Below are positions 19,200 to 30,300 of a stretch of 64,000 nt of DNA, piece after piece. This stretch comes from Terrimicrobiaceae bacterium (GTDB lineage Bacteria > Verrucomicrobiota > Verrucomicrobiia > Chthoniobacterales > Terrimicrobiaceae). The stretch is from NCBI GenBank assembly GCA_041752695.1, contig JBGSVZ010000019.1, positions 43,401 through 107,400 on the forward strand, written 5' to 3'. The position numbers were made by a program, and so were the translations under genes. The first letter of the stretch is position 1. Each line of letters starts with the position of its first letter. Below the pieces are notes generated by a model that was given only the letters and a program-made list of their open reading frames with translations, was not told the DNA's origin and did no database searches.

Positions 19200-21080
19200 A
19201 TGAGTGTTTCCTTGCTATCCGCCAACGAACTGTCCCTGTCCTACGGATCCCAGAATCTGCTGGAAGCGGTCACCCTTGCCGTGGCCCCGGGAGAAAAGGT
19301 GGGGCTGGTCGGCCGCAATGGCTGCGGGAAAACCAGCCTGCTGAAAATTCTTTCCGGCGAACAAAAGCCCGACGGCGGCGAGGTCTCACGCCGCCGGAGC
19401 CTGCGCGTCGGGTATCTGCCCCAGGAGTTTGAATTGGACGGGGAAAAAACCGTGCAGGAAAACATCGAGGCCGGGGCGGCCGATCTGATGGATTGGATCC
19501 AGCGCTACGAAAACGGCGACGGGTCCGAATCCGAGCACTCGGAACTGCTGCACCTGATCGAACAAGCGGATGGCTGGAACCTGGAGTCGCGAATCAAGGC
19601 GGACGCCACCGCGCTTGGCGTACCCCCGCTTGATACCATCGTCGGCCCCCTTTCCGGCGGAGAAAAACGCCGCGTTGCGCTCTGCCGCGCGCTGGTCTCC
19701 GAACCGGACCTCCTCCTGCTCGACGAACCCACCAACCACCTCGACGCTGAATCCATCCGCTGGCTGGAGACGTTTTTACGGGGGTTCGCCGGGGCGGTGA
19801 TTTTTGTGACCCACGACCGCTATTTTCTCGACGTGATCGCCACCCGCATCGTCGAAATTGCGGAGGGACGGGCTTATTCTCATCCCGGCAACTACACCGC
19901 CTACCTGGAGTCGAAGGCCCTGCGTCAGCAAATCGCTGGGCAGGCCGAGCGGCGCCGGCAGCGGTTTTTGCGGGCCGAATTGGAATTTGTCCGTGCGGGC
20001 GTGCGCGCCCAGCGCTCAAAGTCCCGCAACCGGCTCGACACCTTTTATCAGATCGCCGGCCTGGAAGCCCCGCCGGAGGAGCGCGAAATGGATCTCATCC
20101 TGCCGCCGCCGCCCGGGATGGGCAACATCGGCGTCGAATTGGTGGATGTGGGGGCGCGCGTCGGCGAAGGCGACGAGGAACGCTGGCTCTTCCGCGGGCT
20201 CAATCTTTCCCTCAAGGCGGGAGAATGCACCGGGGTGGTGGGACGCAACGGGGTCGGAAAAACCACCCTGCTGCGCCTCTGTCTGGGCGAACGCGAAGCG
20301 GACGAGGGCACGGTGACCATCGGGAAAAAGGTTTCCTTTAACTACATCGACCAGACCCGTCAGGAACTTGACGGTTCCCTCACCGTCATCGAGCAGGTGG
20401 CGGACTTAGGCGGCGAGACGGTTTCCTTTGGCGATCAAAAACTCGCGGTGCGCGCGTTTCTCCGGCGATTTCTTTTCAACGACGAGCGCGTGCGGGAACG
20501 GGTGGACCGGCTCTCCGGAGGCGAACGGGCCAGGCTCCTGCTAGCAAGGGTACTCAAGCGGGGAGGCAATCTCATCGTGCTCGACGAACCGACCAACGAC
20601 CTCGACCTGCCCAGCCTGCGCATGCTGGAGGAGGCCCTGGTGGCCTTTGGTGGCAGCGTGCTGGTGGTGAGCCACGACCGCTACTTCCTCGACCGTGTCT
20701 GCGATCAGGTCGTGGCCTTCGAGGACGGGGGCGTGCATGTCCAGCCGGGCAATTATTCCTACTACCTCGAAAAACGGAAAGAGCGCGAGAAGCGCCGGTC
20801 CGAACCAGCCACGCCGGTCACCCAACCCGCCGCAGCGGCCCCCCGCGGGAAAGTCCGCAAACTCAGCTTCAAGGAACAGCGCGAACTGGATGGCATCGAG
20901 GACGTGATTCTGGCTACCGAGACGCGTGTCGCCGAGATCAACGCCCTGCTCAACGACCCCGAGTTTTACATCACGCGTTCCCAGGAAGCCGCCCCGCTCC
21001 AGGCCGAACTGGACGCCGGACGCCTGGAAGTGGCGCGCCTCTACGCCCGCTGGGAGGAACTGGAAAACGTCGGCAAATAG
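19200..21080 (+). CDS. ABC-F family ATPase (Uup-like)
   Basis: Two ABC domains (GRNGCGKT/LSGGE/LLLDEPTNHLD; GRNGVGKT/LSGGE/DEPTNDLD), C-terminal KLSFKEQREL coiled coil ending YARWEELE. Confidence 0.9.
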   Translation: MSVSLLSANELSLSYGSQNLLEAVTLAVAPGEKVGLVGRNGCGKTSLLKILSGEQKPDGGEVSRRRSLRVGYLPQEFELDGEKTVQENIEAGAADLMDWIQRYENGDGSESEHSELLHLIEQADGWNLESRIKADATALGVPPLDTIVGPLSGGEKRRVALCRALVSEPDLLLLDEPTNHLDAESIRWLETFLRGFAGAVIFVTHDRYFLDVIATRIVEIAEGRAYSHPGNYTAYLESKALRQQIAGQAERRRQRFLRAELEFVRAGVRAQRSKSRNRLDTFYQIAGLEAPPEEREMDLILPPPPGMGNIGVELVDVGARVGEGDEERWLFRGLNLSLKAGECTGVVGRNGVGKTTLLRLCLGEREADEGTVTIGKKVSFNYIDQTRQELDGSLTVIEQVADLGGETVSFGDQKLAVRAFLRRFLFNDERVRERVDRLSGGERARLLLARVLKRGGNLIVLDEPTNDLDLPSLRMLEEALVAFGGSVLVVSHDRYFLDRVCDQVVAFEDGGVHVQPGNYSYYLEKRKEREKRRSEPATPVTQPAAAAPRGKVRKLSFKEQRELDGIEDVILATETRVAEINALLNDPEFYITRSQEAAPLQAELDAGRLEVARLYARWEELENVGK

Positions 21081-21145
21081 GCCGGCGGAGATGCGAATGG
21101 CCGCATCCTTTCCTTTCCCAAAACGCAAAACTTTCGGACGGAAGC

Positions 21146-22486
21146 TCAGAGCGACCCGAAAGCCGCGTCGAGCACCTCGAGGAGGAAATCCGCATCGGCC
21201 CGGGTGATGCACATGGGCGGGGAAAAGCGAATCGTCTGGCCCCACAGGCCGCCCTTGCCCAACAGCAGGCCCATCTCACGCGCCTTCTCCAGTACGGCGG
21301 CACAGGCTTCCTTGTTGGGCTCCTTGGTCGCACGGTCCTTGACGAGTTCGAGCCCGAGCATGAGGCCCATACCTCGGACGTCGCCGATGACCGCGTACTT
21401 TTCCTTCAGCCGATTGAGACCGGCGAGGATGTAAGCACCGAGTTCGAGGCAGTTTTTCTGCAGGTTTTCCGTTTCAATCACTTCCAGTACGGCCTTGCCG
21501 ATGGCGCTGACGACGGGATTTCCGCCGAAGGTGTTGAAGTGAATTTTCTGGGCGAGCACGCGGGCAATTTCCGGCGTGGTGACGACCGCGGCTAGCGGGG
21601 CACCGTTACCGATGCTCTTGGCCATGGTGACAATATCCGGAACGACACCCTGCGTTTCAAACCCCCAAAAATGCGTCCCCGTGCGACCGAAGCCGGTCTG
21701 AACTTCGTCCGCGATGCACACCCCGCCCGCCGCACGAACATGCTCGTACGTGTGTTTCAGGTAACCCTCGGGAAACACCACAAATCCCCCCACCCCTTGA
21801 ATCGACTCGGCGATGAACCCCGCCACCTTGCCGGAAGTCGCGTAGTCGATGATCGACTTCACGTCGTCGGCATACTTCCTTCCGGCCTCGGGCTCGTCGT
21901 AGCCGAAGTTTCCCCGATAGCAATACGGGGCCTGCGCGTGGTGGACGCCGAAACTGTGCGGCACGTTGAACTTCCACGAACTATGCGCCGTGACGGACAT
22001 GCCCGTGGAGTTCCCACCATGGTAGGCGTTACGCAGCGCGATCATGTCGTAGTTGCCCGTATAAAGCCGGGCCATGAGCAGCGCGAGGTCGTTGGCCTCG
22101 GAACCAGAATTCACGAAATAACAAACCTTGAGATTGCCGGGGAGTTTCGACGCCAGTTTTTCCGCATACTCCGCAATCTTGGGCTGGAGGTAGATCGTGG
22201 TGGAATGCTGGATGATCTCATTCTGCTCGTTGGCCGCCTTGACGACATGGGGATGGCAGTGTCCGGCGCTGATGGTGACGATCCCGCCGAGCCCGTCGAG
22301 GTAGCGTTTGCCGGTCTCGTCCCAGACATACTGCATCTTGCCCTCCACCACCATGAGAGGCGTTTTGTAATAGAGAAACAGGCCGGGACTAAGGAATTGT
22401 TGGCGCAGGGCAAGCACCTCTGCGGCCGTGAGGCCAGTGTAGGGTTTGGGTTGAAAAGCGGTGGGAGGAAGGACGGGTGTGTTCAT
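21146..22486 (-). CDS. Class III PLP aminotransferase (AGXT2/beta-alanine-pyruvate-like)
   Basis: [46 protein letters not shown]. Confidence 0.9.
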   Translation of the reverse strand: MNTPVLPPTAFQPKPYTGLTAAEVLALRQQFLSPGLFLYYKTPLMVVEGKMQYVWDETGKRYLDGLGGIVTISAGHCHPHVVKAANEQNEIIQHSTTIYLQPKIAEYAEKLASKLPGNLKVCYFVNSGSEANDLALLMARLYTGNYDMIALRNAYHGGNSTGMSVTAHSSWKFNVPHSFGVHHAQAPYCYRGNFGYDEPEAGRKYADDVKSIIDYATSGKVAGFIAESIQGVGGFVVFPEGYLKHTYEHVRAAGGVCIADEVQTGFGRTGTHFWGFETQGVVPDIVTMAKSIGNGAPLAAVVTTPEIARVLAQKIHFNTFGGNPVVSAIGKAVLEVIETENLQKNCLELGAYILAGLNRLKEKYAVIGDVRGMGLMLGLELVKDRATKEPNKEACAAVLEKAREMGLLLGKGGLWGQTIRFSPPMCITRADADFLLEVLDAAFGSL

Positions 22487-23958
22487 GGTGATGGGTCAGT
22501 TCGGAAATTTCGCTGGAGGAAAAGATGAGCGGCAAAAGCGATGCCAAAGCCGGAGAACCAGGAAAAGTCGTAGAGCCCGGTGAAAAACGCCGGCACGGAG
22601 TCCGCGGGCAACGCTTTCACTTTGACCAGGAAACCCGGCAGATGCGGCAGGATCCCGAGAAAAAGCGCGATCAACGCCTTGATCGAAAAGCCGTTCTGGA
22701 ACCGATAGGGTCCATCGAGCGTGTAGAGCGCGGCGGGTTCCAGTTTCTGGCGGCGAATCAGAAAATAATCCGCGATCATGATCCCACCGATGGGCCCGAG
22801 CAAGGCGCTGTAGCCGAGCAGCCAATTGATATAAACGGAGGCATTGGCGACGAGGTGCCAAGGCATGATCAGGATGCCGATGATTCCGGCAATGACGCCC
22901 CCGATCTTGAAGGTGATGCGGCTCGGCCAGAGGTTGGAAAAATCGTTGGCGGGGGAAACGATATTGGCCGCGATGTTGGTGGTGAGGGTTGCCACGATCA
23001 GGGCGATCAGACCGGGGATGACAACCAGCGGGTTGTCAAACTTGGCGAGCAGCGTGATGGGGTCCCAGATTGCCTCCCCAAAAACCACAATCGTCGCGCT
23101 CGTCGTGGCCACGCCGATGAACGAATACAACGCCATCGTCCCCGGCATCCCGATGGCCTGGCCCAGGACCTGGTCGCGCTGGCTTTTGGCGAAGCGGGAA
23201 AAATCCGGGATGTTGAGCGAAAGCGTCGCCCAGAAACCGACCATCGCGGTTAGTCCAGGGACAAAAGCCGCCCAGAATTCTGCCGTGGTCGCGAACTTCG
23301 ACGGCTGGCTGAAGATCGGCCCGAACCCGCCCGCCGCAAAATACGCCCAGCCCAGCAACCCCAGACCGACGGCCAGCAGAAACGGCGCGCCCCAATTTTC
23401 CAGCCAGCGGATGCAGTCGATCCCCTTGAGAACCACCGCCATGTTCAACGCCCAGAAAATCAGAAAGCAGGCAAACTCCCCTGCGGAAATCCCCAGCACC
23501 GGGAGCGCCACTTTCTGCGTGGGATCAAACCCAAAAAGCAGCACGCCAATCGAATAAATCGCGCTGCCCCCAATCCAGGTTTGAATCCCAAACCACCCAC
23601 AAGCCACGATGGCCCGCATCAGCGCCGGAATGTTCGAGCCGTAAATCCCAAACGAGGAACGCAGCAGGATGGGAAACGGGATTCCATAGGCGGTGCCCGC
23701 GCGGGCATTCAGCGCCAACGGCACCAGAACAATCAGGTTACCGAGCAGAACGGTGAGCACGGCCTGCCACCAGTTCATCCCGCCGGCAATCAGGCCACTG
23801 GCAAGCTGGTAGGTGGGGATGCAAATGGCCATGCCCACCCACAAAGCCGCGATGTCCCACTTGCCCCAGGTGCGCGCAGACATCGGGACGGGCGCGAGGT
23901 CGGGATTCCAAAGCCGATTATCCGGGGAAGGGGCGGGATGGACGGCTGGGGACGACAT
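22483..23958 (-). CDS. NCS1 nucleobase:cation symporter
   Basis: [60 protein letters not shown]. Confidence 0.92.
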   Translation of the reverse strand: MSSPAVHPAPSPDNRLWNPDLAPVPMSARTWGKWDIAALWVGMAICIPTYQLASGLIAGGMNWWQAVLTVLLGNLIVLVPLALNARAGTAYGIPFPILLRSSFGIYGSNIPALMRAIVACGWFGIQTWIGGSAIYSIGVLLFGFDPTQKVALPVLGISAGEFACFLIFWALNMAVVLKGIDCIRWLENWGAPFLLAVGLGLLGWAYFAAGGFGPIFSQPSKFATTAEFWAAFVPGLTAMVGFWATLSLNIPDFSRFAKSQRDQVLGQAIGMPGTMALYSFIGVATTSATIVVFGEAIWDPITLLAKFDNPLVVIPGLIALIVATLTTNIAANIVSPANDFSNLWPSRITFKIGGVIAGIIGILIMPWHLVANASVYINWLLGYSALLGPIGGIMIADYFLIRRQKLEPAALYTLDGPYRFQNGFSIKALIALFLGILPHLPGFLVKVKALPADSVPAFFTGLYDFSWFSGFGIAFAAHLFLQRNFRTDPSP

Positions 23959-24044
23959 ACAACGTTAGACTCTAGCCAGCAGTCCCAATGCCAACACGGG
24001 AGGAGATCCCGTCATTCCTGGAAAAAACTTCCCTCATCGTCCGC

Positions 24045-25019
24045 TCACCGCCCGTAGCCGCCAGGGTTCTTCACGTGCCAATTCCAGGCACTTTCCACAA
24101 TGGTGCGGATGTCGCCAAATTTCGGCGCCCAGCCAAGTTCCGCCCGAACTTTGTCCGATCCTGCGATGAGGCGGGGCGGGTCCCCGGCACGACGGGGTTT
24201 TTCATGGGCGGTGATGGTTTTCCCGGTGATGGATTCACACGCGGCGATCACTTCCTTCACCGAGGTTCCGCCACCCGTTCCGAGGTTGTACTTCTCACTC
24301 TTCTCCGCCTTGAGAGCGAGGATATGAGCCTGCGCGAGGTCCAGCACGTGGATGTAATCCCGAATGCAGGAACCATCGGGAGTGGGGTAGTCGGTGCCAA
24401 AAATGTCCACCGAATCCCGCTGGCCCAGGGCGACCTTGAGCACGTTGGGGATGAGATGGGTTTCGATCCGGTGATCCTCGCCGAATTTCTCCGTGGCCCC
24501 CGCCGCGTTGAAATACCGGAGGGCGACGTATTTCAGACCATGACAGTCGTCGTACCAGCGGAGGATTTTTTCGAAGAGGAGCTTGGATTCTCCGTAGGGA
24601 TTGATGGGATTCTGCGGCAGGGTTTCGTCGATCGGCACCCGATCAGGAATGCCAAATGTCGCGCAGGTGGAGGAAAAAACGAATTTCTTCACCCCACACT
24701 CCACGGCCGCGTCGAGCAAATTGACCCCATTGGCCACATTGTTGCGGAAATATTTCGAGGGATTTTCCATGGACTCGCCGACCAGGGCGTTGGCGGCAAA
24801 ATGCATCACGGCGTCGGGTTTCACCTCGCCCATGGCATGGCGGATGACGGTGGGGTCGGCCAGATCGCCTTGAAAAAATTCCGCGCGGGAATCAATGGCC
24901 TTCTTGTGGCCCTCCGTCAGATTGTCGAAAACGGCCACCTCGTAGCCTTCGTTCAGGAGTTGCTCGACACAGACACTGCCAATGTAGCCGGCGCCGCCGG
25001 TCACAAAAATTGTTTTCAT
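24045..25019 (-). CDS. galE: UDP-glucose 4-epimerase
   Basis: TGGAGYIGS, HFAA, FSSTCAT, YGESK, LRYFNAAGA, RDYIHV. Confidence 0.95.
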   Translation of the reverse strand: MKTIFVTGGAGYIGSVCVEQLLNEGYEVAVFDNLTEGHKKAIDSRAEFFQGDLADPTVIRHAMGEVKPDAVMHFAANALVGESMENPSKYFRNNVANGVNLLDAAVECGVKKFVFSSTCATFGIPDRVPIDETLPQNPINPYGESKLLFEKILRWYDDCHGLKYVALRYFNAAGATEKFGEDHRIETHLIPNVLKVALGQRDSVDIFGTDYPTPDGSCIRDYIHVLDLAQAHILALKAEKSEKYNLGTGGGTSVKEVIAACESITGKTITAHEKPRRAGDPPRLIAGSDKVRAELGWAPKFGDIRTIVESAWNWHVKNPGGYGR

Positions 25020-25052
25020 GAAAGGACCAGCCTAGCGGTGCCGGAGGGACAA

Positions 25053-26723
25053 TCAAGCGCGAGAGTTGGAAGCGGCCACGCGGCTGCCCCACTCCAGAAG
25101 CTCCTTGGTGCAATCATCACGGTCGATGGCACATTCGATCAGGACCAACCCTGGATGAGCCCGGGCCTTTGCGATGGCGGCGGAGAGCTCGGCGCCGGTT
25201 GTCGCGCGGAATCCCAGTCCGTTTCCCTCCCCCGCATTAAAAACCTCCACGAGGCCGGCATAATCCCAGTTTTTGATGTTATTGTACGGACCGTCGTGAA
25301 TCTCCACCTCGATGGTGTAGCCGCGGTTGTTGATCAGAAAAATGATCGGGTTGGCCCCGTGGCGAATCATGGTGGAAACCTCCTGTGCCGTGAGCTGGAA
25401 GGATCCGTCCCCCGTGAGGGTGATCGTCCTTCGAGGTGCGGCGAGCGCTACACCAAGGGTGGCTCCGGTGGCCCAGCCGATGGAACCGTATTGCATCTGG
25501 AAATGGTAACGCATCCCGGCCGGCAGGTGCAGCTTCTGGCCGTTGAACCAACTGTCTCCTGTCTCGACGACCAGGCTCTCGCCGGGAGCGATCGTCTCCT
25601 GAATCTGACGCCGAAGTTCACGCAGCGAAAGTGGAGCTTCCGGAGGAGCGACCGCCACGGGGGCGGGTGCTTCATAAAGCCGGCGGTAGGCAGTGAGGGA
25701 AGCCGGATTGGCGGTCATCTTTCCCGCCAAGGCGGCAAGCACATCGCGCAGATAGACTCCGGTGAAAATTGCGTTTTCAAAGCGCACAAAATTCTCCCCA
25801 AGGTGAAGACGTTTCGATGCGGGCATGAGGGCGGACCAACCGGTCGTGGTGTAGTCCGTAAAGACAGGTCCGGCAAATATCTGACAGTCGCTGGACTCCA
25901 CGATCTCCGCACAAAACGGGCTGCTGACCTCACCCCAATAGGTCCCCATGAAAGCGGGATGGGTTTCGTCGATCAGTCCCTTGGCATCGGGCATCACGGC
26001 GACGGCGGATCCCAGCGCATCAGCCAACTGGCGGAACTCCTCCGTGGCGCCGCCGCTACGCAGTTTCACACCGCCAAGAAGCACGGGTTTCACCGCGGCG
26101 CCAATGCGGGCGACGAGGGCATCAACCGCCGCCGCCAGCGCCAGCGGGTCGCTCACGGGCATGGACGGGGGAATCTGCCTCGCGGCCGGAGGAGGCACTT
26201 CACCAGCGGCCAGATTGCAGGCGATCTCGAGATAGACGGGCTTTTTCCGGGCGAGCGCCGTGCGGATGGCCTCGTCGATCATCAGGGGCGCATCCTCCAG
26301 GTGGCGGACGACAAACACCTTTTCCACCACGGGTTTGAAACATTCAGAGGACTGATAAAAATCCAGTTCGCCGATGGTGTGGTGAATCCGATGGCGGGCG
26401 GGAGCGTCGTTTGTGTTCGGGCCGCCGGAAATGAAAACTACCGGCAGATCATCGGAATAGGCCCCCGCGGCGGCATTGATGATGCTAAGACCACCAACCA
26501 TGTAGGTGAAACAAACCGCCGCAAATCCCGTTTCACGGGCATACCCATCGGCCGCGTATCCGGCGTTGAGTTCGTTGCAACACCCGACCATACGCAACCC
26601 GGGGTTTTTCAAAAACTGATCAAGGAGGACGAGATTGAAATCACCCGGGACGCAAAAAAAATCCTTCAGCCCCGCCTCCGTGAGACGCTGCGCAAGGTAG
26701 GTGCCAACATTGGAGGACGTCAT
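25053..26723 (-). CDS. pdc: Pyruvate decarboxylase (ThDP-dependent alpha-keto acid decarboxylase)
   Basis: VPGDFNL, CCNELNAGYAADGYAR, HHTIG, ETGDSWFN, QMQYGSIGW, GDGSFQLTAQE, NNRGYTIEVEIHDGPYN, KELLEWGSRVAASNSR. Confidence 0.85.
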   Translation of the reverse strand: MTSSNVGTYLAQRLTEAGLKDFFCVPGDFNLVLLDQFLKNPGLRMVGCCNELNAGYAADGYARETGFAAVCFTYMVGGLSIINAAAGAYSDDLPVVFISGGPNTNDAPARHRIHHTIGELDFYQSSECFKPVVEKVFVVRHLEDAPLMIDEAIRTALARKKPVYLEIACNLAAGEVPPPAARQIPPSMPVSDPLALAAAVDALVARIGAAVKPVLLGGVKLRSGGATEEFRQLADALGSAVAVMPDAKGLIDETHPAFMGTYWGEVSSPFCAEIVESSDCQIFAGPVFTDYTTTGWSALMPASKRLHLGENFVRFENAIFTGVYLRDVLAALAGKMTANPASLTAYRRLYEAPAPVAVAPPEAPLSLRELRRQIQETIAPGESLVVETGDSWFNGQKLHLPAGMRYHFQMQYGSIGWATGATLGVALAAPRRTITLTGDGSFQLTAQEVSTMIRHGANPIIFLINNRGYTIEVEIHDGPYNNIKNWDYAGLVEVFNAGEGNGLGFRATTGAELSAAIAKARAHPGLVLIECAIDRDDCTKELLEWGSRVAASNSRA

Positions 26724-26791
26724 GATAGCGGTGAGCTAAACAACCAACGGCCTGGGTGGCAAACCTGTTGAGCCGTTGAGCCCCAAAACGG

Positions 26792-27319
26792 TTACGGTTT
26801 TCGTCCGTCCTGCGGCACCTTGGTCAGCTTCGCCACATCCACACCATTCCGCTTCAGCACCGCCACCCCGGAGGCAAAGTCCGCCTCGGAGAGCTTTGGC
26901 CCGCGCGCGAAAATCCAGCCGAGTTTGCCATCGGGCGTGGCAACGACGGCGTACCGATAGTCGTTCGCCACCGCCAGAATGACGAGCTTCACCTTGACCA
27001 ATCCGCCCAGGAAGGAGGCCGTCCAGCGGGCATTCGTTCCGGGATCGGTGACGGTCGCCACATTGCCGGCCTTCAGCAATTTGCCGTCGAACCCACCCTT
27101 GCGGGCGGTAAACACCGTGTCCACCTTGCCCTCCGGAGTGAGTTGGTAGGTTTCGAGGGAGTTGTAACAATCCTTCTCCGCGAAATACGGGATATTCGCG
27201 ACCACATGCCAGTCGCCCATATAACGCGGCAGATCAACTTTGGCGGCGGGGGTCACTTTTGGAGCCGACGCACAGCCTCCGACGAAAAGACCGAGTATCC
27301 CTGCAAGAATCGCTTTCAT
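26792..27319 (-). CDS. Lipocalin family lipoprotein (Blc-like)
   Basis: Lipobox FVGG-C; VDLPRYMGDWHVVANIP; DYRYAVV; WIFAR. Confidence 0.9.
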   Translation of the reverse strand: MKAILAGILGLFVGGCASAPKVTPAAKVDLPRYMGDWHVVANIPYFAEKDCYNSLETYQLTPEGKVDTVFTARKGGFDGKLLKAGNVATVTDPGTNARWTASFLGGLVKVKLVILAVANDYRYAVVATPDGKLGWIFARGPKLSEADFASGVAVLKRNGVDVAKLTKVPQDGRKP

Positions 27320-27368
27320 GTGAAAAGGTAACGCGGCCATGGCCCGCCGCGGTTGCGTAAAATGTTTC

Positions 27369-30300
27369 TCAACCCTCGGAAAAATCAATCACGGCCTTGT
27401 GGAGGGCATGCTCATCTCCCACGGCGAAGCCGTCCCCGGCATGGATCACCGCCTTGCGCCCTGTCTGATAGACAATCTCGATGACCAGCGGACGTTTGCC
27501 CGGGTGGCGTTTCACCGCCTCCAAAAGCGCCGGCAAGTCGCCTTCGCTCAGTTTATCCCGGGAAAGGGTCAGCCGCACGGGTTTCACGGAAAGTTTCGGT
27601 TTCAGCGGGGCGAAACTGTTGACCATCGAGCGCACCTCGCCGTCGCGCAGACTGAGACGCGCCGAAACGCTCACCACGTTGCCGGGCACCAAAAGTGCGG
27701 CGTGTTCCGTGTAGGTGTCGTCCCAGGCAACCATTTCCAGCTGTCCGGTAAAATCCTCCAGGCGAACCACCGCAAAAGGTTTGCCGTCTTTTTTGCTGAA
27801 CTTTTTTTCCACCGTGGTGATGAGGCCGGCGAATTTAAAGGTGGCCGGCTCTTCAATCTGCATCGCCTGGGCAATGGAGGTGATTTTTACGCTGTCGAAA
27901 TGTCCGGCATAAGCCTGCAGCGGATGTCCGGTGATGTAATATCCCAACAATTCCTTTTCGAAGCCGAGCATCTCGGTCTTCGACCACTCTTCGACCGCCG
28001 GGGCGGAGGAAGACTGCGCGGAAGGCGCGCCACCCAGATCATCAAACAGCCCCCCCTGCCCGCTGGCGCGGTCCCGCTGGACGGCGGCGGCGGCGGACAT
28101 GGCCTGTTCGATCTCCGAGAAAAGCTGGGCGCGGTGTTTCTGAAAACTGTCGAACGCGCCGCATTTGACGAGACTCTCCAGAATCTTGCGATTGACCGTG
28201 CGCGAATCGAGCCGTGAGCAAAAATCCCCCAGCGATTGAAACGGTCCACCTTTCGCCCGCTCTTCCAGCATCGTTTGCATCGCACCCGCACCCACGTTTT
28301 TGATGGACGCAAGACCGAATCGGATCGCCACTTCCTTGCCGGATTTCTCCGGCGTAAAAAGCAACTGACTGTGATTGACGTCCGGCGCGAGGATATTGAT
28401 GCCGGCCCGCGTGCATTCCGCGATGACCACGGCAAGACGGTCTGTCGTCGCGGCATCGTGGGTGAGGACGGCGGACATGAACTCCACCGGAAAATGCGCC
28501 TTGGCGTAGGCCGTTTGATAGGAGACCCAGCCGTAGGCGGCACTGTGGGATTTGTTAAATCCGTATTCCGCGAACTTCGCGATAAAGTCGAAAATGGCGT
28601 GTCCCGTGCCCTCGCCGATGTTGTTGACGCGTTTTGCGCCCTCCACGAAGCGGATGCGCTCCTTGTCCATCTTCTCCTTGTCCTTCTTGCCCATCGCGCG
28701 GCGCAGCAAATCGGCGTCACCCAGAGAATAGCCAGCCAGCACGTTGGCGGCCCGCTGCACCTGTTCCTGATAAACAATGATGCCCTGCGTCTCGGCGCAA
28801 ACCTGTTCCAGCAAAGGGTGGGCGTATTCGATTTTTTTCAGCCCCTTTTTGCGTGCGATGTAATCATCGATGAATTGCATCGGACCCGGCCGGTAAAGCG
28901 CGCCGATGGCGATGATGTCCTCGATGCTGCTCACATCGAAACGTTTGCAACAATTGGTGATGCCGCCGCTTTCCATCTGGAAGACCCCGAGCGTTTCGCC
29001 GCGATTGTAAATGTCGAAAGCGGCCTTGTCGTCCGTGGGGATTTTCGCGATGTCGAAGGTCGGATCCTTCTCGTGGATCAGCCGCACCGCGTGCTGCAAA
29101 ATGGTGAGCGTCTTGAGCCCGAGGAAGTCCATCTTGAGCATACCGAGCTCGGTGAGCGCGTTCATCTCGTACTGCGTGATGACTTCGTTTTCCTTGCCGC
29201 GGCAGAGCGGGATGTATTCATCCAGCGGACGGTCCCCGATCACCACACCGGCGGCATGAATGCCGGTGTTGCGGCTGAGGCCTTCCAGGACGAGGGCATG
29301 ATCCCAGAGTGCCCGGGTGGAGGGTTCGTTCTCCAGCGCGGCCTTGAGCTCGGGGTTTTTTTCCGCGGCCGTGGTGAGCGAGATATTCAGCTCGTTGGGG
29401 ATCATCTTCGCCAGACGATCGCCGTCGGAATAACTCCAACCGAGCACCCGGCCCACGTCGCGCACGACGCTTTTGGCGCCCATCGTGCCGAAGGTGACGA
29501 TCTGCGACACGCAGCGTTCCCCGTATTTGCGACGCACGTAGTCGATCACCTCGCCGCGCCGCTCCATGCAAAAGTCCACGTCAATATCCGGCGGACTGAT
29601 ACGCTCGGGATTGAGGAAACGTTCGAAAATCAGGCCATATCGCAGCGGGTCAATATCCGTGATTCCCAGCGCGTAAGCGATGAGCGACCCCGCCGCGGAC
29701 CCACGGCCCGGGCCGACGGGGATGCCTTGCTGGCGGGCGTAGTCAATAAAGTCCCAGACGATGAGAAAGTAGCTAACGAACCCGGTTTTTTCGATCACGC
29801 CGAGTTCGTATTCCAGCCGCTGACGGAGTTCGTCGTCGGTGTCCGCACGGCCCCCGTAACGTTCCCGCAACCCCTGCCAACAGAGCTCCCGCAGATAAGC
29901 CTCACGGGTCTTGCCGGGTGGGGGCTCGAAGGCGGGGTATTTCGGTTTGCCGAACTCCAGATCGAGCCGGCAGCGTTCGGCGATACGCACCGTGTTGGAG
30001 AGGGATTCCGGAACCTCGGCAAAAAGCGCGGCCATTTCCTCGCTGCTTTTGAAATACAGTTCCGGCGAGTAGCGCATGCGCTTTTCGTCCATCACCATCG
30101 AGCCCGTGCCGATGCAGAGCATCACGTCGTGCGACTCGTGGTGGTCGCGATTCAGAAAATGCACGTCGTTGGCCGCGACCAAGTCGAGATCAAGATCACG
30201 GGCCACCTGAACCAAACCCGGATTGCAGCGGCGCTGGGCGTCGAGGCCGTGGTCGTGGAGCTCGATGAAATAATTTTCCTGGCCAAAAATGTCGCGGTAC

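Noticed and set aside
23988..26771. 927-aa plus-strand ORF
   Set aside because: Antisense shadow of galE and pdc; no recognisable motifs; expected in high-GC coding DNA
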